Below, one piece after another: positions 1 through 7,655 of a stretch of DNA of 13,017 nucleotides (position 1 is its first letter; every line of letters starts with the position of its first letter). Location of the stretch: NCBI GenBank assembly GCA_963996865.1, contig CAXEHY010000085.1:1-13017 (forward strand), read 5' to 3'. The stretch comes from an uncultured Flavobacteriales bacterium (GTDB lineage Bacteria; Bacteroidota; Bacteroidia; Flavobacteriales; SAT41). The position numbers were made by a program, and so were the translations under genes. A model generated the notes under the pieces. That model was given only the letters and a program-made list of their open reading frames with translations. It did no database searches and was not told the DNA's origin.

Positions 1-765
1 TATAGCTAATCTATCTACATCAGGATCAACAGCTATACCTAAATCAGCTTTACTAGACAATACATGATCTCTTAATTGTTTTAGATTTTTAGATAAAGGT
101 TCTGGATTATGAGCAAAATTACCATCGGGATTACAATTAATTTTTAAAATATCTTTTACACCTATTTCTTCTAATAACATAGGTACAGCCACTCCTCCTG
201 TAGAATTTATACCATCTACTACTATCTTATAATTTTTAGATTTAATCTTCTTAATGTCAACCAAGTCAAGATTTTTAATTGCATCAATATGTTGTTTAAT
301 GAAATCTTCTTTAAAATATTGACCTTTCTCATTATGAGAATCAGAAAAAGAACCATTTTTATATAATTCTAATATTTGTTCTCCTTTTTCTTTAGAGATA
401 AACTCTCCTTTTGAATTAAAAAATTTCAAAGCATTCCATTTATTGTCATTATGACTTGCAGAAATCATAATACCACCTTGAGCTTGTTTTAAAACTATAG
501 CAACTTCAATAGTTGGAGTTGTTGTTAAATTAATATCTAAAATATCTATTCCAAAACCTAGTAATGTTTCTACCACTATTTTATTAAATTTTTCACCTGA
601 TTTACGCGCATCTCTACCTACTAAAACTAAATTTTTATTGGATTCAGATTTTAATATATTAGCGTAACTTGAGACAAACTTAACAACATCTCTATCTGTT
701 AAGTCATCTCCTTCCTTTCCTCCTAAAGTTCCTCTAATACCAGAAATAGATTTTATCAATACCAT
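1..765 (-). CDS. glmM: Phosphoglucosamine mutase / phosphohexomutase family, N-terminal 255 aa. Start codon is the complement of 763-765. The gene runs off the window start, so the C-terminus is missing.
   Basis: Manual reverse-complement translation from 765 gives MVLIKSISGIRGTLGG...GGIMISASHNDNKW...AVDPDVDRLAI. The N-terminal SGIRG, the phosphoserine loop ISASHN (a variant of TASHNP), and DPDVDR (the Mg-binding DxDxDR) are the alpha-D-phosphohexomutase signatures. There is no in-frame stop down to position 1. It is not in the ORF track because it is open at the window edge. Confidence 0.85.
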   Translation of the reverse strand, partial: MVLIKSISGIRGTLGGKEGDDLTDRDVVKFVSSYANILKSESNKNLVLVGRDARKSGEKFNKIVVETLLGFGIDILDINLTTTPTIEVAIVLKQAQGGIMISASHNDNKWNALKFFNSKGEFISKEKGEQILELYKNGSFSDSHNEKGQYFKEDFIKQHIDAIKNLDLVDIKKIKSKNYKIVVDGINSTGGVAVPMLLEEIGVKDILKINCNPDGNFAHNPEPLSKNLKQLRDHVLSSKADLGIAVDPDVDRLAI

Positions 766-804
766 AATAATTTAATTTAAAAAAAATTAATTTGATAAAA
801 GGAT

Positions 805-812
805 TAAATTTG
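805..812 (+). promoter_or_regulatory. Putative Bacteroidetes sigma-A -7 box TAAATTTG (TAnnTTTG) 16 nt upstream of the comA-like ATG, in the divergent glmM/comA intergenic region.
   Basis: An exact TAnnTTTG match is seen in the sequence. The nearest upstream TTTG (791-794) is only 10 nt away, which is the wrong spacing for a -33 element, so only the -7 box is supported. Confidence 0.3.
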
Positions 813-828
813 CAATAAATTTAATTAT

Positions 829-1596
829 ATGAGCAATAATTTTAATCTATCTGACATTCCAAAAAGAGATCTTAAACCTAGAGAAAAAGGCATTACAATG
901 GTCATGGACAAAGGCATGTCATTAAAAGAAATAGAAAATTTAATAGAAAATTCTGGCGAATTAATTGATTTAGTGAAATTTGGATTTGGAACATCATATG
1001 TCAGCAAAAATCTAAAAGAAAAAATACAACTATTACAAAAAGCTAATATAAAAGTTTATTTTGGGGGAACTCTATTTGAGGCTTTTATAGCTAGAAATAT
1101 GTTTGAAGAATATCTAAAATTACTTGATAAATATAAACTTGAAACAGTAGAAGTTTCTGATGGCTCTATTAAAATACCCCATGACAAAAAATGTGAATAT
1201 ATAAGTAAATTATGTGAAACAAAAACTGTTTTATCTGAAATTGGATCCAAAGAAAGTAATCATATAATACCTCCATTCCAATGGATAAAAATGATAAAAA
1301 AAGAAAAAGATGCTGGTTCTTGGAAAATAATAGCTGAAGCACGAGAAGGAGGAAATGTTGGTATTTTTAGACAAGGAGGAGAAGTAAGGACTGATCTTAT
1401 AGAAGAAATATTAACTAGTGTTTCAGAACAAGAAATTCTTTGGGAGGCACCAAAAAAAGAACAACAAGTTTGGTTTATTAAACATTTTGGCTCAAATGTT
1501 AACTTAGGAAATATAAATCCACAAGAAACAATATCTCTAGAATGCTTAAGATTAGGGCTTAGAGGTGATACTTTTAATCTTTTTTTAAATAAATAA
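829..1596 (+). CDS. comA: (2R)-phospho-3-sulfolactate synthase-like protein (ComA family, PF02679-like), 255 aa
   Basis: Length of about 250 aa. Motifs KPREKGITMVMDKG, LVKFGFGTS and EAREGG...GIFRQGGEVR resemble the ComA family as I recall it. This assignment is from memory of the family, not from a search. Confidence 0.65.
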   Translation: MSNNFNLSDIPKRDLKPREKGITMVMDKGMSLKEIENLIENSGELIDLVKFGFGTSYVSKNLKEKIQLLQKANIKVYFGGTLFEAFIARNMFEEYLKLLDKYKLETVEVSDGSIKIPHDKKCEYISKLCETKTVLSEIGSKESNHIIPPFQWIKMIKKEKDAGSWKIIAEAREGGNVGIFRQGGEVRTDLIEEILTSVSEQEILWEAPKKEQQVWFIKHFGSNVNLGNINPQETISLECLRLGLRGDTFNLFLNK

Positions 1597-1597
1597 C

Positions 1598-1885
1598 ATG
1601 AATCCTGTTTCTAAACAAATCTTAAAAGAAAAAATAAAAAATAAAGAAAATATAAATATCATAGATATAAGAGAAAATTACGAATGGGAGAATGGCAAAA
1701 TATGTGAATTAAATATACCTATGGGTGAATTTATAGAAAGAATAGAAGAAATAAAAAACAATAAAGAAAATATATTATATTGCAAGTCAGGTAAAAGAAG
1801 CAAATCTCTTGCCTTCATAATAAAACAAAAATTTAATTTAGAAATATCATACCTTGAGGGAGGATATGAAAATTATATAAAATAA
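1598..1885 (+). CDS. Single-domain rhodanese-like sulfurtransferase, 95 aa
   Basis: Catalytic loop YCKSGKRS (Cys-x-x-G-x-R) sits at the expected position of a GlpE/PspE-size rhodanese. Its ATG lies 1 nt after the comA-like stop (TAACATG), suggesting translational coupling. Confidence 0.8.
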   Translation: MNPVSKQILKEKIKNKENINIIDIRENYEWENGKICELNIPMGEFIERIEEIKNNKENILYCKSGKRSKSLAFIIKQKFNLEISYLEGGYENYIK

Positions 1886-1888
1886 AAC

Positions 1889-2836
1889 TTGAAAATCGCA
1901 AACTTTATTCTAGCACTAAAAGGGATAGCCATAGGAATAGCAAATATAATACCTGGAGTATCTGGAGGCACAATAGCTCTTATCACTGGAATATATACTG
2001 ATTTATTATACAGTATAAAACGATTGAATCTAAAAGCTATCAATTTTATTATAAAATTAAAATTTCAAAATTTTGCAAGTTATACAAATTTTAAAATTAT
2101 TTTATATTGTGGCTCAGGTATTATATTGGGAGTTGTATTATTCGCCAAGCTAATATCTGAAGTTTTAAAAACTAATCACGGAAAATTACAATTAGAAGGT
2201 CTATTTTTTGGTTTAATTTTAGCTTCAATTTATTATGTTGGCAAAAGAATAAAAAAATGGAATATGAATAATTACATAATATTATTCGTAGGCATCATAA
2301 TAGCTGTTTTTTGTTCAAATATAAATATTAACACAGAAGCCAACACAAATTATTTATATGTTTTTATCTGTGGTATAATAAGCACATGCGGAATGATTCT
2401 TCCTGGCTTATCTGGATCATATATATTAATATTAATGGGTAATTATGAGTTATTAATGATTGATTCAGTGAATTATACTACAGTTTTTATAGGAGAATTA
2501 TTAAATGGAAATTTAAACTCTTATTATATTAAATATTTTTATTTATTATTAATATTTATCGCAGGAAGTGTTTTTGGTCTTATATCATTTGCAAATATAG
2601 TTTCCTGGTTTTACAAAAAATATACAAATAGCACTCTTAGTATATTAACAGGGTTTATTATAGGCTCTCTAACTATAATTTGGCCATGGAAAAAAATAAT
2701 TTTATTAAAAGGAAGTGAAAAATATAATCAATTTATACCACAAACTTTATCTCAAGAAAATATAATTACATTTTTGTTAATATTAATGGGGGTTCTAATA
2801 ATATACTATTTAGAAAAAATACAAATCTCAAAATGA
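1889..2836 (+). CDS. DUF368-family polytopic membrane protein (candidate undecaprenyl-phosphate translocase, PopT-like), 315 aa, TTG start
   Basis: Two internally repeated motifs, IPGVSGGTIALITG (aa 21-34) and LPGLSGSYILILMG (aa 172-185), each followed by hydrophobic helices. This is the hallmark two-fold PGxSxSG repeat of DUF368. The protein is highly hydrophobic. The only in-frame start 3 nt after the rhodanese stop is TTG at 1889, and there is no ATG before the first motif. Confidence 0.7.
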   Translation: MKIANFILALKGIAIGIANIIPGVSGGTIALITGIYTDLLYSIKRLNLKAINFIIKLKFQNFASYTNFKIILYCGSGIILGVVLFAKLISEVLKTNHGKLQLEGLFFGLILASIYYVGKRIKKWNMNNYIILFVGIIIAVFCSNININTEANTNYLYVFICGIISTCGMILPGLSGSYILILMGNYELLMIDSVNYTTVFIGELLNGNLNSYYIKYFYLLLIFIAGSVFGLISFANIVSWFYKKYTNSTLSILTGFIIGSLTIIWPWKKIILLKGSEKYNQFIPQTLSQENIITFLLILMGVLIIYYLEKIQISK

Positions 2837-3564
2837 TTAATTTAGGAATTATAGGTTACCCATTAAAACATTCATATTCAAAAAAAATATTTAATACAAA
2901 ATATTTAAAAACAAAAATAAAATATGAAAACTATGAGTTTAAAAAACTAAATAAAATAAGAGAATTTATTTTTAATAATAACATATCAGGACTAAATATA
3001 ACTTCTCCTCATAAACAAGAAATAATAAAATATTTAGACATAATAGATGGTGCAGCAAAAAAAACAAAATCTATTAATACCTTAAAAATAGATTTGAAGA
3101 AAAAACAAATTAAAGGATTTAATACAGATGTTTATGGATTTGAAGTTTCTCTAAATAACTTTATAAAAAATCAAAAAATTAAAGCCATAATATTTGGAAA
3201 TGGCGGAGTCTCAAAATCAGTCAAATATATATTAGAAAAAATAAATATAGAGCATATACAAATTAGCCGCAACTATAAGAAACACAAAAGTTATAATGAA
3301 TTAAATAAAGATATATTCAAGAAATATAAATTACTTATAAACTGCACGACTTTAGGAATGTACCCTAAATTAAATGATAAAATAAATATAAATTATGACT
3401 TTATAGATAAAAATAATTTTGTATTTGATATGATTTATAATCCCGCAAAAACTGAAATGTTAAAAAAATGTGAAAAAAAGGGAGCAAAAATAAAAAATGG
3501 ACTAGAAATGCTGAATTTACAAGCAGCAAAAAGTTTTGATATCTGGACTAATAAAAAATATTAA
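2833..3564 (+). CDS. aroE: Shikimate 5-dehydrogenase, 243 aa
   Basis: N-terminus LGIIGYPLKHSYSKKIF (GxIGxPxxHSxSP motif), NTDVYGF (NTDxxG), and FDMIYNPAKTEMLKKCEKKGAKIKNGLEMLNLQA (the typical C-terminal D-x-x-Y-x-P-x-T...G..ML..QA). ATGA overlap with the DUF368 stop. Confidence 0.85.
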   Translation: MINLGIIGYPLKHSYSKKIFNTKYLKTKIKYENYEFKKLNKIREFIFNNNISGLNITSPHKQEIIKYLDIIDGAAKKTKSINTLKIDLKKKQIKGFNTDVYGFEVSLNNFIKNQKIKAIIFGNGGVSKSVKYILEKINIEHIQISRNYKKHKSYNELNKDIFKKYKLLINCTTLGMYPKLNDKININYDFIDKNNFVFDMIYNPAKTEMLKKCEKKGAKIKNGLEMLNLQAAKSFDIWTNKKY

Positions 3565-3565
3565 A

Positions 3566-3583
3566 ATTATTTCTTGAAATAAT
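3566..3583. terminator. Perfect 8-bp AT-rich inverted repeat ATTATTTC-tt-GAAATAAT at the convergent aroE / 3567..3989 junction. Possibly a weak bidirectional terminator hairpin.
   Basis: Checked base by base: 3566-3573 pairs with 3576-3583. Only one G:C pair, and the loop is 2 nt (or 4 nt with a 7-bp stem). It overlaps the last codons of the minus-strand ORF. It is weak thermodynamically and may be chance in AT-rich DNA. Confidence 0.2.
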
Positions 3584-3989
3584 AAGTTACTAATTTGCCT
3601 TCTAAGATTTCATTTTCATCAACATAAAATAAATTCCAGCCAGAAGATCCCATTAAGTTTAAAACATCTACAATATTATTATATGAATTTAATCTTTTAT
3701 AAATTTTCATATTAGCATCAGTTTTAAATTCTGTCCCAAAATCTAAAAACAGTTGGAAAGATCCAGTTTCAGATGTTAAAGCTTGCTTTAAACTAGCCTC
3801 TTTTGAAACAGGCTTAGCATTTCTTTTATTATCAAAAGATTTTTTTTCCGCAGGAATTAATAACTTCAAAGTAGCATATTCAATCTGTCCTAACTGATTA
3901 AAAGCTCTTTCCTTGACGTTAGAATAATCTTTCTGTGATATACAAAAAAAAGGGATTAAAAGAAATAATGTTAAAAATATATTTTTCAT
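3567..3989 (-). CDS. Hypothetical small exported protein, 140 aa, N-terminal signal peptide
   Basis: N-terminus MKNIFLTLFLLIPFFCISQ is a typical signal peptide (cleavage after ISQ, or possibly a Cys-containing lipobox variant). I recognise no catalytic motifs. It is co-directional and 18 nt downstream of the SPFH gene. Confidence 0.55.
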   Translation of the reverse strand: MKNIFLTLFLLIPFFCISQKDYSNVKERAFNQLGQIEYATLKLLIPAEKKSFDNKRNAKPVSKEASLKQALTSETGSFQLFLDFGTEFKTDANMKIYKRLNSYNNIVDVLNLMGSSGWNLFYVDENEILEGKLVTYYFKK

Positions 3990-4007
3990 AATAAAAAATT
4001 TATGTTA

Positions 4008-4853
4008 TTAATCTGTATTTAAAATAATAGGTAAATCATCATCTCCATTACCTACGATCACAACTTTAGTATTAGTAGATTTCGCTATCTCTTGTGTTGC
4101 TTCAACACCTTTCCATTTTAATAATTGAGGAGTAATAGTTTGATTGACAATCCTCTGAAATTCCGCAATACCATTAGCTTCAATTTTTTTCCTTTCAGCT
4201 TCTTTCTTTTCTTTTTTTATCTTAAACTCATATTCTAAAGCTGCTTGTTCTTGCTTTAGTTTTTGTTCGATTGCAGACTGTAATGTAAGAGGTAATGTCA
4301 CGTCTCTAATTAATATAGCATCTAAAACCAAGTAATAACCATCAACATTTTTTCTAGTTAAATCTTCTACTTGATCCTCTATTACTTTACGTTTTGTAGA
4401 ATAAAGTTCTTCTGCTCCATATTCACCAATAACTTCTCTTGTGACAGATCTTACAGCTGGCTTAATAATCCTTTCTTTATAACCAAAACCAATACTATCG
4501 TGTAAATATCCTATCATATTCTCTTGAGGCTTATATCTATAAGACATATCTATTTTAATTGACAAACCATTTTTGTCAAGAACTTCCATTTGTTCATAAT
4601 CTTCTTGAATCCTAACATCATATATATATTTATTATCCCAAGGCATTTTTAAATGAAAACCTTGATCTATAACTTTATCTTTGTCTAAACCACCTCCAAA
4701 TCTTTTATATATTACTGCTTTTTCACCAGGCATAACATTATACACCATCTGAGGCAATATCACTACTAAGAAAAATCCAAAAACTAAGTAAAACATAAAT
4801 TTCTTCTTAAGTTTTGGAACATTAAACGCTTGAAACTCTTCAAAATTTGTCAT
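4008..4853 (-). CDS. SPFH/Band-7 (prohibitin/HflC-like) membrane protein, 281 aa
   Basis: N-terminal TM helix (FMFYLVFGFFLVVILPQMV), then NVMPGEKAVIYKRFGG...GFHLKMPW (the SPFH domain start, consensus v.pge.gvv.rfGk...pGlhf.iPf). A coiled-coil K/E-rich region (LKQEQAALEYEFKIKKEKKEAERKKIEANGIAEFQR) follows, typical of prohibitin/HflC. Confidence 0.85.
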   Translation of the reverse strand: MTNFEEFQAFNVPKLKKKFMFYLVFGFFLVVILPQMVYNVMPGEKAVIYKRFGGGLDKDKVIDQGFHLKMPWDNKYIYDVRIQEDYEQMEVLDKNGLSIKIDMSYRYKPQENMIGYLHDSIGFGYKERIIKPAVRSVTREVIGEYGAEELYSTKRKVIEDQVEDLTRKNVDGYYLVLDAILIRDVTLPLTLQSAIEQKLKQEQAALEYEFKIKKEKKEAERKKIEANGIAEFQRIVNQTITPQLLKWKGVEATQEIAKSTNTKVVIVGNGDDDLPIILNTD

Positions 4854-4861
4854 AATTAAAT

Positions 4862-6904
4862 TTATTTTAAACTGTTAAACCTTCTTAAAGCCCATTCTAA
4901 TAACAAGGACACCAAAATTACAAAGAAAATTAATTTAAAATGTATTAAATCAAGATTTTTTTTATCTAAAATCTCAATACTTGGAGGTATAAAATTATTA
5001 ATCTGCCATTTTAAAGAATCTATATTATTCAAACTATAAGAAAAACCATTATTTTTTTTTGATAAATAATTTAAAAATTCATGATTTGCTTTTAAATCAA
5101 TGTTTTCTAATCCAAAAGGATGAACTGTGAAATTACCATTCCTATATAGCATGTCATCTTTTTTATGTAATTCAATTGTATAACTATATTGTCCTGGCAA
5201 AAACCTACCTAAATTCAACTTATAGTAATCAGAAACTTTTGATAAAAAATAACTAAACACCTCACCTTCACCTTTAACAGTTAATTTTAAATCATCTTTA
5301 TTGTTTATTTGAAACAAATCATTATATACTTGAGCTTTTATTATAATATCTTCATTTTCATAATAATTAGATTTAAAATCTATTTTAAGATCTGAATTAT
5401 TATTTGAAAAAACTAAAAACTGCAATATATCATTAATTAAAATATTAAATATTTCATGATTTTGTGTTTCTCTATACAAATACTGTCTCCATTTCCAAAT
5501 CCCTTCTCCCAAAAAAATACCTCTTTTATTATTGTCGTGTTGAAAGAAAAACCATAAAGGCTTATCTGTATATTTATCATTAAACAAAACATTAGAATTT
5601 ACATTTAAAACGAAGTCTTTATTTGAAACAAGTAATGGCGGTAACACCTCTAAATAGTCAATAAAATCTTGATCGATTTTATAAGATTTAAAATTTTTAT
5701 TCAAGTTCAAAAATCCTTCTATAATATTATTATCGTAATAAATATCATTTGAATTTATTGCTTTAAAAACACCAAAAAAATTATTTATATCGGAGCCTAA
5801 AAAATACAAAATTGGTTTATTTAAATTAAAATACGATATATCCATGTCATGGATCTGATAAAATATTATTATATCGTACAATGAAAAATCTGTATTTTTA
5901 AATCTTTTATGATCAACGATTTCCAATTCAACATAAGGATTATCGTAACATGCATTAACAATAGCATTAATATCAGGGTTTAAAACATCATATTTTAATA
6001 AAACTTTTTTTCTGCTTTCTATTACATTAACAAAAATTGAATAAATGTTATTTGATACATTTTTTTCGTCTTTTATAGGACTAATATGAAAAGTATAATT
6101 ATTGACACCTGCAACATTAGCTTTGAAATTTAAAGGTATTTTAACAAACCCATTATCTTTTGTGAATATGTCTTTCTTCTGAACTAATTTTTTATTATTA
6201 AATACACTTAATGTGAAATTAGACTCCTTGACATCAATATAATTAATTAACAACTCTACGACAAAATCAGATCCTAAATTAACTATATTATTATAATTAA
6301 TATCCGATATTTTAATATCACTATATATTGAATTATCACCTAATAAAATAGAATATAAAGGAGCATTAAAATTATAATTCATGTATTTTGGATCTAAGCC
6401 CGTATTAAAAATACCATCGGAACTTATTATAACAGAAGCTAAATTTTCTTCATGAAAATTATCCTCTACAAAACTCAACACGCTTCCAATATTTGTTGAT
6501 TTTTCTGAAAAACTATAATTTAAATCCTCTTCTACTTCTTCACCAAAAGAAAAACATTTTATTTGATAATTTTTAGAAATATCACCTAAAAATGCATTTA
6601 TAATATCAGGATATTGTTCTTGATAGAACAAAGAATCTTTACTTGCAATAATTGAAGATGAGTTATCTTGAAAAAATAAAATTTTAGGTTTTTGATGTTT
6701 TTTTTCAATAAAATTAATTACTGGATTTAATAATAAAAAACACAATAAAAAAAAAGAAAAAAATCTTAGAAAAAACAAAACATAAACTAATTTCTTAGAA
6801 AATTTATTTTTACCAAAATAACGCTTATAGGTAAAGAAAGCACAAATAAAAGACAGTAATAAAAATATTATTATTAAAAAAGGAGAATCTACATGTAATT
6901 TCAT
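4862..6904 (-). CDS. BatA-N-type double-transmembrane / von Willebrand A-like domain membrane protein, 680 aa, with an additional C-terminal TM helix
   Basis: The N-terminus has two hydrophobic helices (FLIIIFLLLSFICAFF and LVYVLFFLRFFSFFLLCFLLL) followed by NP. This is the BatA/TIGR02226-style double-TM anchor. It is immediately followed by KILFFQDNSSSI, which carries a D-x-S-x-S MIDAS-like motif. The C-terminus FKLIFFVILVSLLLEWALRRF is a third TM. The large middle portion is N/K/I/F/Y-rich with no recognisable catalytic motif. Confidence 0.65.
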   Translation of the reverse strand: MKLHVDSPFLIIIFLLLSFICAFFTYKRYFGKNKFSKKLVYVLFFLRFFSFFLLCFLLLNPVINFIEKKHQKPKILFFQDNSSSIIASKDSLFYQEQYPDIINAFLGDISKNYQIKCFSFGEEVEEDLNYSFSEKSTNIGSVLSFVEDNFHEENLASVIISSDGIFNTGLDPKYMNYNFNAPLYSILLGDNSIYSDIKISDINYNNIVNLGSDFVVELLINYIDVKESNFTLSVFNNKKLVQKKDIFTKDNGFVKIPLNFKANVAGVNNYTFHISPIKDEKNVSNNIYSIFVNVIESRKKVLLKYDVLNPDINAIVNACYDNPYVELEIVDHKRFKNTDFSLYDIIIFYQIHDMDISYFNLNKPILYFLGSDINNFFGVFKAINSNDIYYDNNIIEGFLNLNKNFKSYKIDQDFIDYLEVLPPLLVSNKDFVLNVNSNVLFNDKYTDKPLWFFFQHDNNKRGIFLGEGIWKWRQYLYRETQNHEIFNILINDILQFLVFSNNNSDLKIDFKSNYYENEDIIIKAQVYNDLFQINNKDDLKLTVKGEGEVFSYFLSKVSDYYKLNLGRFLPGQYSYTIELHKKDDMLYRNGNFTVHPFGLENIDLKANHEFLNYLSKKNNGFSYSLNNIDSLKWQINNFIPPSIEILDKKNLDLIHFKLIFFVILVSLLLEWALRRFNSLK

Positions 6905-6908
6905 AAAA

Positions 6909-7655
6909 CTATGTCAACATCCCGCCACAAACAGGAAAAACCTGTCCTGTAATATAACTAGATAAATCTGAAGATAAAAATAATACACAATTTGCCACAT
7001 CATTAGTTGTACCTAACCTTTTTAAAGGTATTTTTTGTTTCCATTCATGAACATATTTTTCATCTAAAGCGCTTGTCATTTCTGTTTCTATAAAACCTGG
7101 AGCAACAACATTACATCTTATGTTTCTAGATCCTACTTCTAATGCCACAGATTTAGAAAACCCAATTATACCTGATTTAGAAGCAGAATAATTAGATTGC
7201 CCGGCATTGCCTCTTATTCCAACCACAGAACTTATATTAATAATAGAGCCACTTCTCTGCTTTAACATAACATGTAATGCAGATTTAGTTAAATTAAAAA
7301 CAGAATTTAAATTTATTTTAATAACATTATTCCAATCATCTTCATTCATCCTCAAAAGAAGATTATCTTTTGTTACACCCGCATTATTAATTAATATATC
7401 AATTGACCCAAAATCTTTAATTACCGATTCCACAAGATTATTAGCAGAATTAAAATCAGAAGCATCAGATTTATAAGCGATACATTTAACACCTGATTTT
7501 TGTATATTTTTTTCTAAATCTTTAGCTGAAGACTCTGAAGACAAATAAGTAAATGCGATATTTGCTCCATGTTTAGATAAAATTCTAGCTATCCCATTGC
7601 CTATACCTCTAGAAGCTCCTGTTATAATTACATTTTTTCCGTCTAATAATTTCAT
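6909..7655 (-). CDS. fabG: 3-oxoacyl-[acyl-carrier-protein] reductase (SDR family), 248 aa
   Basis: [15 protein letters not shown] (the TGxxxGIG NAD(P)-binding motif), NNAG, catalytic S...YSASKSG (Y-x-x-x-K), and PGFIETEMT. It is FabG-like over its full length. 4-nt overlap (ATGA) with sucD. Confidence 0.9.
   Translation of the reverse strand: MKLLDGKNVIITGASRGIGNGIARILSKHGANIAFTYLSSESSAKDLEKNIQKSGVKCIAYKSDASDFNSANNLVESVIKDFGSIDILINNAGVTKDNLLLRMNEDDWNNVIKINLNSVFNLTKSALHVMLKQRSGSIINISSVVGIRGNAGQSNYSASKSGIIGFSKSVALEVGSRNIRCNVVAPGFIETEMTSALDEKYVHEWKQKIPLKRLGTTNDVANCVLFLSSDLSSYITGQVFPVCGGMLT

Noticed and set aside
1-765. Calling the partial phosphohexomutase specifically phosphomannomutase or phosphoglucomutase instead of GlmM
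   Set aside because: The N-terminal 255 aa cannot discriminate the subfamilies with certainty. It is called GlmM because that is the usual assignment for this ISASHN-variant group in Bacteroidota. The symbol should be treated as tentative.
791-794. TTTG as the -33 element for the comA-like promoter
   Set aside because: It is only 10 nt upstream of the -7 box, whereas the Bacteroides consensus spacing is about 19-21 nt. Only the -7 box is reported.
825-1250. Minus-strand ORFs 825..1007 (60 aa) and 1056..1250 (64 aa)
   Set aside because: Both are entirely antisense to the well-supported comA-like CDS. They have low-complexity composition and no motifs. They are chance ORFs in AT-rich DNA, where stop codons are frequent on only some frames.
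5052-5060. T9 (and A9/A7 at 6747-6763, T8 at 3840-3847, T8 at 8182-8189) homopolymers as phase-variation switches
   Set aside because: In roughly 23%-GC DNA, Lys (AAA) and Phe (TTT) runs generate such tracts by composition alone. All lie in frame within intact ORFs. I flagged them only as sequencing or frameshift risk, not as regulatory switches.
7207-7476. Plus-strand ORF, 89 aa, inside fabG
   Set aside because: Antisense to a canonical FabG with all SDR motifs intact. No signal or motif. Spurious.
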